Source: Sporopachydermia quercuum (taxonomy: Eukaryota). From it: a stretch of 64,000 nt of DNA. This document shows positions 36,704 to 48,896 of the stretch, in pieces. The position numbers and the translations under genes are program-made. The first letter of the stretch is position 1. Each line of letters opens with the position of its first letter. The stretch is taken from positions 1,241,676-1,305,675 of the forward strand of contig BCGN01000004.1 of NCBI GenBank assembly GCA_001599295.1. Direction: 5' to 3'. The notes below the pieces were generated by a model. It saw only the letters and a program-made list of their open reading frames with translations. It searched no databases and was not told the origin of the DNA.

Positions 36704-39544
36704 TTACTACTGGCGTTGCTACTACAGAGACCAATTCACGGTATCTCATAAAATTATTCTAATTAGCATTCCTACCTCTTATCAAGAATTAATTAATACT
36801 TGATGTTGAAAACTGTGGATGCTCTATGACGCTGTATTGTAGGCTTCAATAAAGACAATAACAACGAGTTTTTGAATGAGTAATATTATATAAATCACTC
36901 CTGAAAATCAATAATATAAAAACTTCTTCTGTTCAAATATACCAGTTTATTACTTCCAAAACCATTAATTTATTCTTACTTCTATCATTTGCTAATAAAA
37001 TAAAAGAAATTCGTTTTCCTCCATTCATTTAAAACCAAACATTTCATATGCATTAGGCTGAGTATATCAGATGGGTTAACACACACAATATTGAAACAAT
37101 AGGAAATTAAAGGTGCGAATGACAAACAAGGCCAAGATTTGCCAGATGGGTACAGAATTGTAGTGCGAGGTTGATTACAGAAAAAAAATGGTAATAAAGT
37201 TAGAATAAATCTCAGCTAGCTGAGGATAAGCTTTCTGAGTTTAATGGTACTTCACCAGTTTTCAGGAGAAAATATTCTTCAGGATATCTCATAGGAAAGG
37301 AAAATGATTTATTAACTTGACTCAATGAATTATTGAGGATTAGGAGAGAGAGAAAATGAGTATGTAAATTGCTTTATAGCACAGAAGTTTTGAGGAGATT
37401 TGAATAGCACGAAAATGGTGAAGATAGATACTTAATTAGAAAAATAGATTGTGTGTTGGTTTAAGGATGGCACTNGGAGCAGGACGGTGGAGAGCGAACA
37501 AAATTATCATTGGTACCTTGCTCGGAGTATATTTTTGATATCAATAAGGTACTGTTAAAGAATGAAATGAGTTATTAAAGTAGTAAAATAGAAGGTTGTT
37601 CAAATCAAGACTTGAAGAGTTCCTAATAGAGTAGACAGGAATTAACTAATAATCGGAAATCTTATCCTCGGAACAACTTTTTGGCGACAAATCAAACGGC
37701 GGTATCTAATGTCAAATGGGGGTTTCCATTCGATTCCTTTTGATCAAACTAAGGTGATGGTAGTTTAATTTCAATTAGGCTTTGCCACCTCAAACTTAGA
37801 CAGTTTGGATTGCTGATTTTTTTGGGCAAATCCATTTTTGAAAGATGGCATTTGGATTACTTCTATTATTTCGAAGATGATAATCGAAAATTGTAATTTC
37901 AACTAACTATAGAAATATGAGATCTTGTCAAACTTCGTAAAGAAAAGGAGAACGATGAATTAAATCCAAATCAGGTAGGTCAAATGACATTAACTGTAAG
38001 GTCTAATTAAATATCTTCTATTTCATGACCCTCGATTAAATAAATTCACTTAAGAATGACAGAGCTTTCACAGTAGCATTGAGAAGTCCGATATTCGCGA
38101 GAAACCTCGGGCTGATTTTAGAGATAGCACAGTGCATTGAATCAATATTCACTTTCAACCTAGCTAATGAATGAATAATTTTGTTCCTATTATTATTTTG
38201 GTAATATTTCAATGATTAAATAAATAATGACTGGTAGTTTATTTTTGGGAGTATTCAAAGATACATTGATAATGAAAGATCGCTGAATTGAACTGGATAA
38301 GGTTCTAACCGTTGAAACTTAGTGAGGCTTCATTTTTGTTTAAGGGAAAACAAAATAATTTCAGATGGCAGAGATAAAATTCTAAGCCAAAGCTTGAAAA
38401 CTTTCTTTAACTCTAAAAATTGGATATGCGCACAGTTATTTGATCTTGCACGTTGACAAAAAGCTTAGCATGTTTGTTATGAAACTTATAGTAGAAAGAA
38501 CATCAAAGGAAATGATGAAACGAAACACAAACTATAAGGTGATATGAGAACTGTCGAAACAAACTGTTATTTTTCATTATCCTATTACTTTACGTTAAGG
38601 TTCAAACTAGAGTTATTGCTGTAATCTTATTTGGTACTGTAAATTGAATTATAACTGAGTGTGTAGGTAATAGATAAATTATCTTTGTTGAGTGAATGAC
38701 CCATTTCAGGACATCTTTAGATATATCTTACTTACTGAATATAAGGGAATAATTCAACCATAGTTCCCAAAATTTTTCGTAGTTCTACATAAGCTATATC
38801 TCCTTTCAATGAACAGATCTTCGAGTGTGCTTCTCCAAACTAAAACCTATGACCTAACTTTGTTAGGTTTCTCTTCACCATTCTTCGTCATTACCTCAAA
38901 CCCTATTTCATTGCTCTTCTCAATACTCAACACATCTCATTACTACAATGTAGTTACTAAAGGTATCAAAGACGAAACAATGAGACAGGCATTCAATCTT
39001 AGAAGATTTAAATAATAGAATAATAAAGGCTGGCTCATATATCAAATTCTCATAGACTGCTTTATACGCTAAGATCACCAATAATCATGAACTCATTGAA
39101 CTTCAGTAACTTCCTTCTCACATTATGTCTCCCTTCATGCACCTCTGATGTCCATTCCGGGTAACTTTACTTTCCTTCAGTTTGTGATTTTGGTACATTT
39201 GTAGATGATTAACCAAATACAAACAAATTGATAACAATGGATTACTACGTTAATGTATCAATTGGTGTATAATTATTCATCGTTGATAACCTATAAGTCT
39301 TATTGCAATCAGGGGGTTCTTGGTGGAGTTTTTTTATTACAGGAGATTCAGCTACTTTTTGGATGTATCATTGAAGTCAGAAAGTCTATTAGGATATCCA
39401 AGTAAGTAGCTTGGACTTGAATAGTGCCATAGAAAAAGTCAATGTGTCATCCACAGTTAGAAGTAATATAAATCAAGAAAACTATTCATTTTAATTCAGT
39501 TGATTGATAGTATAAAGTAAGATTTTTGGATCTGGATTGTCAAG

Positions 39545-42500
39545 ATGGTTGGCTCTTCAAGGTTGTCTCACGATATCACATCGTCTCTTCTGCAGCAGAA
39601 TATTGATAGTAAGGGTATCGGTCATGGAAGAACGAATCGTCTAGGTAAAATCAAACATGTGGACTTAAATCATGTATTGAACCCTTCTACAGATCTTTTA
39701 AATGTTTGGAGTGATAGTGATTACGAGAAGCTTTTTTCTTTAGCTACAGCAATTTTACAGAAAGAGTTATGGCGGCCTTACTTGTCAATGCAAGAATTCG
39801 AAATATTCAAACTAATAATTACTCTGAATGATTATCAATTATGGGAACAACTGTTAGATGGTCAATTGGATTTTGTTTTCTATAAGAAATCGAAGAAGAA
39901 AACAAATAAGCATGCCAGCTCAGAACTAAGTCGGGGGTATTCTATGGGTCATGACAGTTCTATAGATTTGAATGGTGATCACAATACCGGCACTAATGGG
40001 GTGGGTGGTTTGCCTACTGAGTCAGATATTGATTCAACTCGTTCTGCTACTCCCGGTATTCCTGATGCTGATATTGGAACAATATCGGGACTTCATTTAG
40101 ATGGAAAAGAGTCACTAATGAAAACTTTGAATTTGTATGCTGATCCTATTTCATTGTCTTTCAAGCTAAGATACATGTTATATGAAAAATCATTAGATAT
40201 AATGTACCTAGGTTTATTACATGATCGTAATTTAGATCTTTTGGCGAAAGAAAAGGGTCTATATGCTTTTAATGATCATTCTACTTTTAAGATTGCTGGA
40301 GACAATGACGATGAAGAAGATATAAGGGAACAAAGCTTGATAGATTATGACATATTGCTAAAAGTACACAAGTTTGCCAATGGCAGAGCTGAGAAAGGAG
40401 GTATCATTAAAATCAAAGNTGGAAACCATTCAACTGATGGCTCTAGGGTTTCGATAAGCAGTGGAATGAAAGAAATGTCAGCTTCAGTTCCAGTGATTGA
40501 ACAGACAAGGGATGAAGAAGATGATTATGATTTCGATCAAGAAGGTTCCAATGAAGAGAATAGCAAAGATGACCCTTTAAATACACCTACAAAGACAACT
40601 GGTACAAAAGTAGGATCGGAGAACATTTTACATGCTAATAATAATCTCAACTCATCAAGTAAAGAAGAAGATATGCAAACTGGAACGACCCCTCCTGATT
40701 CGGAACGGAAAGAGGAATTTCCTGAAGAAGAAGGAGTTTTTACCAGTGACGAGAATGGTAAAACATATCTAAAAGTAAAAATACGTAATCCGACAACCAC
40801 AGAAATTAAAAAGCATGAGGATAGTGTAAAACGAACTTTGGGAAGTGTTTTCCATGGTTATGAATACGATAAAGAAAGTATACTTAAACGCAAGCAACTT
40901 GAAGAATCCGATCGACAAATGGATAATGAATCTGAAGATATGAAACTAGGTTCAATTAATTTGGGAGCGGCCAATCTTAGTTTAAAACATTTACTTTCTT
41001 CTATAGAGGAGAAACGGGAAACGCTGGGTATGACTGATACAGAATTAAAAAATCTGATATTAGATGTTCGAAAGAATAGATCGAAATGGGCAAGCGATGA
41101 AAGAGTGGGCCAAGAGGAATTATATGAAGCAGCAGAAAAAGTAGTATTGGAATTAAGAGGGTATACTGAGCATTCCACAGCATTTTTGAATAAAGTGAGT
41201 AAACGTGATGCGCCAAACTACTTTAATGTTATTAAGCATCCAATGGATTTGAACACAGTGATGAAGAAATTGAAGTCTTTCCAATACAAAAGCAAAAAGG
41301 AGTTTGTTGATGATGTAATGCTTATATGGCAAAACTGCCTCACTTATAACTCAGATCCAAAGCATTTTCTAAGAGCCCACGCCATAGCTATGCAAAAGAA
41401 AACATTGACTTTAATTCCACTAATACCTGATATCGTTGTTCGTGATAAATCAGATATGGCTAATGATTTAGGAACACCAGCTCCAGATGAGAAAGAAGAA
41501 GTAAATGAAGAACAGGCAAGCAAACATTCTATTTTTGGAATGAGAGGCACATCAAGGAAAGGTGAAGGACATAAAAGTAAAAAGAGGAAACAGGAAGCTG
41601 ATGACTCATCTCAAACTAACAGTTCTGAATCCAATGAGGCTAAAAATAGTGATACAAGAGAAACCTCTACTGCACGTTTAGAATCGCCGGAAGCTAATGA
41701 CACATCACAAGCTAATCCTCTAGATGAAACTGAAGAAGAAAGAGAGGGTGCAGAGAAAGATTTGTATGTTCAAACATGGAAGAACCTTACGGGTAAAGCA
41801 AGAGCAACTTTGAGTATTGCAAGAGGAGAGCTGTTCAAAGAAAATCGTATTCATTCTGATTCTAAAGCTATTTTCACATCTCCTGAAAAACTCAAAGAAC
41901 TGCAACTCGAAGAGAACCCAAAAAATATGGAGTTTGTTTTCACCAATTTGGACGAAATGGGTGTAAATCAGCCTTCCAGCGTACTTTCATTTAATCGAAG
42001 AAGAACAGATCTGAATAGTAATGGAACTAATAAGAGAAGTCGTACAACTTTACTAGATTCCATTAAATCATCTGAAGAGAATGGATCTAATGATTCCTTG
42101 ATGATAGAATATGAAGGTGGACCTGGAGTTCCAGCGGTTGAATTTTTAGGTAAAGATCCTAATCATGATGATGATTCCATGATCACTGGGTTTATGGCAG
42201 AAGGGGGAGGCAACAAAAGATCAGGATTTGCCGCACCTGTGAAAGGATTGAATGTAAAATTAAATGAGAATATACACGAGATTCAACAGATACGTAAGAT
42301 CTGTCATAAGATTTGGGTTTTAAGACAAATGCAGACACAAGCATTTATTCATCAAAATCAATTGACTGCTTATGAACCAGAGAAGCTGGAGGATACAGAT
42401 ATTGATTTGGAATCAAAGTTACCTAATCGTGATGTGTTCAATGATCAGGTTGCCAGAGTTGCTATGACAAGGGTGACCTCTAAACTGGCAATGCATAAAG

Positions 42501-43462
42501 GATTTGAGTCAACTGCTCCTTTTGTCTTGAATGCATTATCAGATATAGCATGTGATTATATGGCAAAGCTTGGTAGGAGTATGCAGATCCAGTTAGAAGG
42601 TCAAGGAGCTCATCGTATATTGGGAAACAAATTATCCTTGGAAAAAATACTTATGCTTACTTTATCAGAATGTGGTATATCAGGGCCTGATGCTTTAGAC
42701 ATTTATGTTGAAGAAGAGATCTTAAGGTTTGGATCTAAATTGCAAGAACACAGGAAGAAACTTTCTTCCTTTTTGGCCGATTTATTAAGACCAGGCTTCC
42801 AGCTATATACTGATAGTGCATTTTCTGATAATAGTGAACAGTTTATGACGGGTGACTTTTCTGATGAATTGGGTGAAGATTTCTTTGGCTTCAAAGAATT
42901 GGGTTTAGACAAAGAGTTTAATTTGCTCACAAGCTCTGTTCCATTACATTTACTACATTCTAGAATGACTAACTCATTCAACTTTTTCCAGGGAAATAAC
43001 AGAGGTTCAAACAAACATAAGGCTGATGAGCTATCTGAATATCCTAAGTTAGATCGCAGCATTGCTGAGAAACAAATTGAACTTATAAAACCATTTCTAC
43101 TTCATAGAGTTGAAGTTTATAACAATCAGTCGAAGTATGCTAATTCGATGAACAATGCTATAGCAAATATGGGACCCGGAAATGCACCTAAAGTGTTGGC
43201 TTATAGTGATGTTTGGGCATTGGATGATGACGATCTTTCAATCAAACAACGAAACCAACGGCCAAAGCTACCACCTACTGGTAAGATTTTGGGAGTGAAG
43301 CGGAAACTAATTTCGAAAGGGTTTTTCTTGCCTGAACCTGAACCCAAACCTGAACCCAAACCTGAACCCGAGTCTAATTTTGATTCATCATCTGTATCTA
43401 TTGAGTCAAGTAGTCTAGATGTTCCCTCAATATCGATATTGGTGAAGACTGAAGTTGTATGA
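39545..43462 (+). CDS. SPT7: SAGA complex subunit Spt7 (bromodomain plus histone fold)
   Basis: RKNRSKWASDERVGQEELYEA, bromodomain AFLNKVSKRDAPNY...PMDL...NCLTYN, and EDFFGFKELGL. Confidence 0.95.
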   Translation: MVGSSRLSHDITSSLLQQNIDSKGIGHGRTNRLGKIKHVDLNHVLNPSTDLLNVWSDSDYEKLFSLATAILQKELWRPYLSMQEFEIFKLIITLNDYQLWEQLLDGQLDFVFYKKSKKKTNKHASSELSRGYSMGHDSSIDLNGDHNTGTNGVGGLPTESDIDSTRSATPGIPDADIGTISGLHLDGKESLMKTLNLYADPISLSFKLRYMLYEKSLDIMYLGLLHDRNLDLLAKEKGLYAFNDHSTFKIAGDNDDEEDIREQSLIDYDILLKVHKFANGRAEKGGIIKIKXGNHSTDGSRVSISSGMKEMSASVPVIEQTRDEEDDYDFDQEGSNEENSKDDPLNTPTKTTGTKVGSENILHANNNLNSSSKEEDMQTGTTPPDSERKEEFPEEEGVFTSDENGKTYLKVKIRNPTTTEIKKHEDSVKRTLGSVFHGYEYDKESILKRKQLEESDRQMDNESEDMKLGSINLGAANLSLKHLLSSIEEKRETLGMTDTELKNLILDVRKNRSKWASDERVGQEELYEAAEKVVLELRGYTEHSTAFLNKVSKRDAPNYFNVIKHPMDLNTVMKKLKSFQYKSKKEFVDDVMLIWQNCLTYNSDPKHFLRAHAIAMQKKTLTLIPLIPDIVVRDKSDMANDLGTPAPDEKEEVNEEQASKHSIFGMRGTSRKGEGHKSKKRKQEADDSSQTNSSESNEAKNSDTRETSTARLESPEANDTSQANPLDETEEEREGAEKDLYVQTWKNLTGKARATLSIARGELFKENRIHSDSKAIFTSPEKLKELQLEENPKNMEFVFTNLDEMGVNQPSSVLSFNRRRTDLNSNGTNKRSRTTLLDSIKSSEENGSNDSLMIEYEGGPGVPAVEFLGKDPNHDDDSMITGFMAEGGGNKRSGFAAPVKGLNVKLNENIHEIQQIRKICHKIWVLRQMQTQAFIHQNQLTAYEPEKLEDTDIDLESKLPNRDVFNDQVARVAMTRVTSKLAMHKGFESTAPFVLNALSDIACDYMAKLGRSMQIQLEGQGAHRILGNKLSLEKILMLTLSECGISGPDALDIYVEEEILRFGSKLQEHRKKLSSFLADLLRPGFQLYTDSAFSDNSEQFMTGDFSDELGEDFFGFKELGLDKEFNLLTSSVPLHLLHSRMTNSFNFFQGNNRGSNKHKADELSEYPKLDRSIAEKQIELIKPFLLHRVEVYNNQSKYANSMNNAIANMGPGNAPKVLAYSDVWALDDDDLSIKQRNQRPKLPPTGKILGVKRKLISKGFFLPEPEPKPEPKPEPESNFDSSSVSIESSSLDVPSISILVKTEVV

Positions 43463-43685
43463 ACTTAGTGCTTAACTTCTAAACACTCACATTGTATCAA
43501 TAACGTGTATAATTTTCAATCTGTAATGATATTTTTCATAATATTCGACTATCAGAGTCAATGTATTACTGATTGTAGTTCCATTTAATCATTTCAAATA
43601 CAATGATAAATTAGAAAAACTAAAAAGTTACAGAGATATTATGAATATAGATATGGAAACTAATCTGTTTGTTCCCACACAACAA

Positions 43686-43757
43686 GCCGTTGTAGTATAG
43701 TGGTTAGTACACTTCGTTGTGGCCGAAGAAACCTCAGTTCGATTCTGGGCAACGGCA
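43686..43757 (+). tRNA. tRNA-His(GTG)
   Basis: GCCGTTG/CAACGGC acceptor stem, CTTCG-TT-GTG-GC-CGAAG anticodon arm, GTTCGATTC T-loop, oligo-T downstream. Confidence 0.96.
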
Positions 43758-44879
43758 TCAAAAANTTTTTTAAGACATATTTTTGTTATTTTTTCTTATT
43801 ATCCAAGTAATGCATACTAATTCAAACAACTATATTGTCAACGATATGTAATGTTTTAGTTTCTGTGATATGACGAAACAGAATGATTTTCTCTTGCAGG
43901 ATGACTGAGAATTATATGTTGTATAGAACAGGTGTCTTCTGGTCAATCTTACTCTTGAACGAAATGAATCGAAATCAAAGAAATCAAGCTACAAATTACC
44001 GTCAATAGTACTTTTTATTTAGATCACGCAAGAATTATATACTCTCATTTAATCTATGTTTACTGTTTTACTGTTCTCAATCATGCTTCATATAGAGTTT
44101 GATCATATAGTTTGATGAACTTCCTTTGGTAGTCTCATATGTCATTTAATGACTCCCTTTCACTACCTCATTGATCCGAAGAAATTTGCAATAGTTACAT
44201 AGGATGATTTAACGAACCGTAAAAAGTATGAATATTCTTTCATTGAGCTATTGAACTTTCTTAATTTCATCCGAAATGGAGGTTTCTTCATGAATATTTC
44301 AATTTCCAACAACCCTTCTTAAGATGAATATCTGCATATGGAATAGAAATTCTATCATTGATTCCTCGGAATGAATTAATTTACATGTAAAATTCGTTGC
44401 CTGCATATGTCCCGCATAAACCTTGAAGCCTAAGTGAAATACTCGCAAAACTATTTTGAGAGACGAAGCTGTTTGAGTATTGAAGCAACATTCTTATATA
44501 CCACAAGAGTTTATAAAACAATTAGAGCACTTACCTAATTGTCCGAAAAACTTTTCTGATATTGGCATTCAGTGCCTACCAGATATTCTCTATTCTTTTC
44601 ATGTAGTCGTTAGTTCTATGATGCTCTCGAACAATCTTATATTTTGTTTCCGTACACTTTCTAAACTGCTTGAGTGAGCTCAAACGTTAAAGCACACCAC
44701 ACCATCCAAAGTTAGGAGAGTCTATCATCGACTAAAGAAAAGGAAAAGGAATAATATCATAAATCAGTTAAAAGCAAGTAATAATTGAAGAAAACAGGGT
44801 CTATGGTAAACGCTTTTTATTGTAGACACTCAGAAAATAAAATACACTTTCAGTACGCATATCATTCGTTGCAGTTAGT

Positions 44880-44919
44880 TTCTTTCCACGGCGTTACNTA
44901 NGTAACGCCGTGGAAAGAA
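44880..44919. repeat. Perfect 40-bp palindrome (18-bp arms around nTAn)
   Basis: TTCTTTCCACGGCGTTAC-nTAn-GTAACGCCGTGGAAAGAA. Confidence 0.9.
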
Positions 44920-45551
44920 TGTCTGATCTATTTCCACCTTTCAAGCTCAATTCAAACCAATAATCTTGATTAAAACCGTACCATTTAATACGGTTTTACA
45001 AGTATAGATCTTTATATCTTTTCAAGTCAACTCAACAATAAAATTCCATTTCAAGGAAACAGGCAAGTAGTGAAATCATTGCATATATTTAACGTATCAC
45101 AGTATCTCGATCATCATCTGTACATGATGACATCCTCTTGGTATATATGCAGCTTTATGTATCACTTCTCATATTGCTGGATTTGACTTGTACTTTTTCT
45201 TGGGATAGTTAATGAAAGTGCTCTCAATCGCACTTTGTTCCTCATCAGAGATTAGTATATGCTACTATAATACATAAGTTTTTCTTGGAATTTACTTTTC
45301 AATAGCAAAAAAAGAAATAAACATTGTCAACTTTACTGTCGTTACATTAATATAAGTTGAGAAATTAGTGCAGCATAGTAGGTTGTTGTTAGAATAGTTA
45401 CGATAGTCACCACAAACGAACAAGCGGTTGCTGGTAAAATTATAGTTCAGCGAACTGTGAATCTTTGGAAATAGCAAAATAAATACTTCAAAGCCAGCTA
45501 TCTAGTTGCTGATATGAAAGGTTTATTGGATTAATTGATCAATTGAAGAAA

Positions 45552-47231
45552 ATGAAAGGCTCTGTGTATGGATTGTTAAGTTTGGCACTGCTATCATCTA
45601 TAGGAGGTGTTAGAGCAGTACCAGATTTGAGGAAATTAGGTCAAGTGGTCTTCGGCAATGTTAGAGGTGCTATCAATGATCTTAAAGGAAAGCCGTCAGA
45701 TTTATTCAATGAATTATCCAGTCAAATAAGTGTCTCTGAGCATGAATCTGAAAAACAGGAAACCGCAGAAAGTTATGAGGATTTTCTGAATTCTCTAGAA
45801 GACGATATCGATGACCTTGGTTATTTGACGCCATGGGAGCAAGCCAGAGAGCGAGAAACGAAAGCAGCAGAAGAATTATATGACGACGTTTCAATTGCCC
45901 ATTATTCAACAAAAGATCCAGCAGACTGGCCAATAGATTTAACACAGTACGAAAATGATTTTGTCGTTAGATTTCATACCACTGATAGAGAAGATCGAGA
46001 GATACTAAAGATTGCAGCAAATGAGCTGAGCCTTTCAATTTGGGGCTCCTCTAAAACTTTTGTTGATATTCAAATGAATGAAGACACTATGGCAACACTA
46101 CTAGAAAGTCTTCAAGGAAGAAGATTGACAATTCCAGGTGAAGGTCATTCAATGTTAATTGAAGATTTGGCCCAAGCTATTTACGAAACATACCCTCAAG
46201 AAGATGTCTCTGTACTAGATTTTGATTTCCTTGTAAAAAGACATGAAGATGGAACATTAGATGCTGCCTCTTTTCATAATTACACCAAAACTGTGTTTTT
46301 CAAGAGTTTTCAAACTTTTACGAATTTATGGAAATGGTTGGATGGTCTTCATGAATTATATCCGCAACTAGTTACTGTTAATTATGTTGGCGAGACTTAT
46401 GAAGGACGAGGTCAACGTATTTTTGAAATTAGTGAGGGTGACGATGCCAATGCACATAAGAAGAAACAAGTATTAATCACAGCTGGCTTGCATGCCAGAG
46501 AATGGATTTCATCTTCAACAGCTTGTTACTCAATCTATAGATTAGTCACTGAGTATGGTGTTAAAAAAGGTGCAACAGAATTTTTAAAACACCTGAACTT
46601 TGGTTATATTCCTGTTGGCAATCCTGATGGGTATGAATTCTCATGGAACACTAATAGATTATGGAGAAAGAATAGACAAGCAACTCTTGCTAAAGAATGT
46701 TTTGGTATTGATATTGATCATTCGTTTGGTTATAAATGGACACATTCGGATGATTTACCTTGTGGAGAAGATTATTCGGGTGAATATCCTTATGCTGCTC
46801 GTGAAGCCTATAATTGGGCAAAGGCTTTGAATTCATCAGCAATTTACGAGTTTGATGCTTATTTGGATTTGCACTCTTACTCTCAGGAGATTCTTTATCC
46901 ATATGCTTACTCTTGCGAGGAAGAACCAAAAGATTTAGAGAATCTGGAAGAATTAGGATATGGATTAGCCAAGGCTATCAGATTGTCATCCGGGAAGAAA
47001 TTCAGCGTTTTATCTGCTTGCGAAGATAGGGATTTATTTGGAAGTATTAGTGGTGGTAGTGCTTTGGATTTTATGTATCATGAAAAAGCAAGATTTGCCT
47101 TCCAAGTTAAACTACGAGATACTGGAAATCATGGATTCCTTTTACCTCCTAAGTTTATTATTCCTGTTGGAAAAGAAATTTATGCTTCTTTGAAGTATTT
47201 CTGTAAGTTTTTGATAGAGCCTCGCGTATAG
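45552..47231 (+). CDS. ECM14: M14 metallocarboxypeptidase-like protein (Ecm14, catalytically degenerate)
   Basis: Signal peptide, HAREW, WRKNR, DLHSYSQ, GIDIDHSF; Lys at the catalytic Glu position (QVKLRD) as known for Ecm14. Confidence 0.92.
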   Translation: MKGSVYGLLSLALLSSIGGVRAVPDLRKLGQVVFGNVRGAINDLKGKPSDLFNELSSQISVSEHESEKQETAESYEDFLNSLEDDIDDLGYLTPWEQARERETKAAEELYDDVSIAHYSTKDPADWPIDLTQYENDFVVRFHTTDREDREILKIAANELSLSIWGSSKTFVDIQMNEDTMATLLESLQGRRLTIPGEGHSMLIEDLAQAIYETYPQEDVSVLDFDFLVKRHEDGTLDAASFHNYTKTVFFKSFQTFTNLWKWLDGLHELYPQLVTVNYVGETYEGRGQRIFEISEGDDANAHKKKQVLITAGLHAREWISSSTACYSIYRLVTEYGVKKGATEFLKHLNFGYIPVGNPDGYEFSWNTNRLWRKNRQATLAKECFGIDIDHSFGYKWTHSDDLPCGEDYSGEYPYAAREAYNWAKALNSSAIYEFDAYLDLHSYSQEILYPYAYSCEEEPKDLENLEELGYGLAKAIRLSSGKKFSVLSACEDRDLFGSISGGSALDFMYHEKARFAFQVKLRDTGNHGFLLPPKFIIPVGKEIYASLKYFCKFLIEPRV

Positions 47232-47562
47232 ATTTTATTCTCTGTCTATCTATACTCATTCCTAATGATTAATGGTTTGTTCTATTCCTCTTGTATGTGT
47301 CCTTGAAATGAATTGTAGCGCATATAATTAAAAATAATTTATTCTCTAGTTTAATATAAGGGAAATGTCTATAATATTCCCATAAGCCAATTGAGAGGTG
47401 AAATAGTAATTAAACCATAGAAATGCGGCATCAAATCATTCATTGTAAGCTCTATTGCTAAGAAAAGAACAGAGCGGCCAACGCTAAAATATTCAAATCT
47501 ATCTCGTTCTTTCTTCAAATAATTGTAAGTTAACAACTTTATATACTTGCTACAGTTCAATA

Positions 47563-47603
47563 TTCCTCTTGCTCTTCCTCTTGCTCTTCCTCTTGCTCTT
47601 CCT
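47563..47603 (+). repeat. 12-bp tandem repeat (TTCCTCTTGCTC) x3
   Basis: Seen directly in the intergenic sequence. Confidence 0.8.
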
Positions 47604-47918
47604 TTTCATAGTGTTCATTTATTCCTTTCGTAATATTCACTTATCATCGCTTCCCATTCTAGACCCCATACTATCACCTGTCCCATTTCGCGTCCCACTT
47701 AACTTTGTCATACAAATATTCATGTGATAAAAGTAAAACTATCAGCTAATCAATCCCTGTTCTCCCTTATCATTGCCACAAAGAAAAGAAAGAAATTATT
47801 ACTTTTATGTTCATATTGAATGTTCATACATAATCCTAATTGTGCTTATGTTAGAGAATTGATTGCAAACAGTGCACAGTTCTATTGAGTTATAAAGTTT
47901 TCTTTACTAGTGTCGAAA

Positions 47919-48691
47919 ATGAGATTCTATGCATGTTTATTATGTATGATGGGGTGGGCTATTGCTCATGTGATGGGTAAGTGATGATATAAAGGACGAG
48001 AGCAATATTAGGTGTGGATCGATAGCTGATAGGTATAGAAACTGGTTTATGTAGGAAATTCATAATGGTTTACTAACGGAATTATATCTGAAAGGTGCCA
48101 AATATATTGTTATGTTTAACGATGATTCAGCAATAGCAAAGAGGTAAGTGAATGGTGATACATTTGGTTTTCTCTGCATTTGATTGTGGTTGTAGGTTGA
48201 AGATCATTAGTTCGGTCATTATGGCCATTTACTAACAATCTTATCTTTACAGTAGTCTTCCAGTTGCTATTATGGCTATGGAGAGAATAGGGGGAAAAGT
48301 TGGTCATGTTTATGAAACATCATTCTTGTAAGTCATGTCATTGTTTATAAAGACAGTTCATTGTGAAGGAAATACGTGAAATGAGTCCGTTTGGTGTCAG
48401 TATAAAGGAAGGAGGTTTCTCAATATCGAAGAGAGTTGTATTCTAACCAGGCAATAATCTAGTGGATTTTCAGTTGAAGCCCCTGAGCGAATTATAAAAC
48501 TTTTTGAACTTGAAGCGCAAGGTAGATTAGCTCCGTTTACCATATCACTGGATGAACCAGTTGGTAAGTATCTGTTGAATTCAATTGGCAATGGCAATAT
48601 TGGTTTCATTCCATATAGGCTATAGAAGCTATTTCCTTTTAGAGATAATCATCTAACGTTTCTTTCTTTAGGTACTTTCAAGAATGATTGA
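47919..48691 (+). CDS. Secreted I9-family (subtilisin-propeptide-like) protease inhibitor, Pbi2/YHR138C-like; exons 47919-47976, 48095-48143, 48253-48327, 48463-48563, 48672-48691 (100 aa)
   Basis: Four GTAAGT introns with CTAAC branch points give the in-frame protein MRFYACLLCMMGWAIAHVMG-AKYIVMFND...IGGKVGHVYETSFFGFSVEAP...DEPVGTFKND*; YIVxF, GGK..H.Y and GFS are I9 hallmarks. Confidence 0.85.
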
Positions 48692-48896
48692 CTATTTGAA
48701 CGACCATTGTCAAATAAACTAGAGATGAAGAAACCAAAAACTNAATGATGGTAAATTCATAATCAAATATAAATACATAAATACGGAATTAATGGCTTGA
48801 GCATTATGAGCAGGATTTAAAGGGTATAACAGTTAATGATAAGTTTTCTTAATATTTCATAAATCTATCTAGTACACATAGTAGAAACCAAATGCC

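Noticed and set aside
36800..39500. Long AT-rich intergenic region as possible centromere or ncRNA locus
   Set aside because: No CDE-like elements, repeats or RNA motifs seen; adequately explained as divergent promoters
44400..44700. 'IENIW' on the minus strand resembling a Tc1 transposase motif
   Set aside because: Immediately followed by a stop and lacks the SPDLNP context; likely chance
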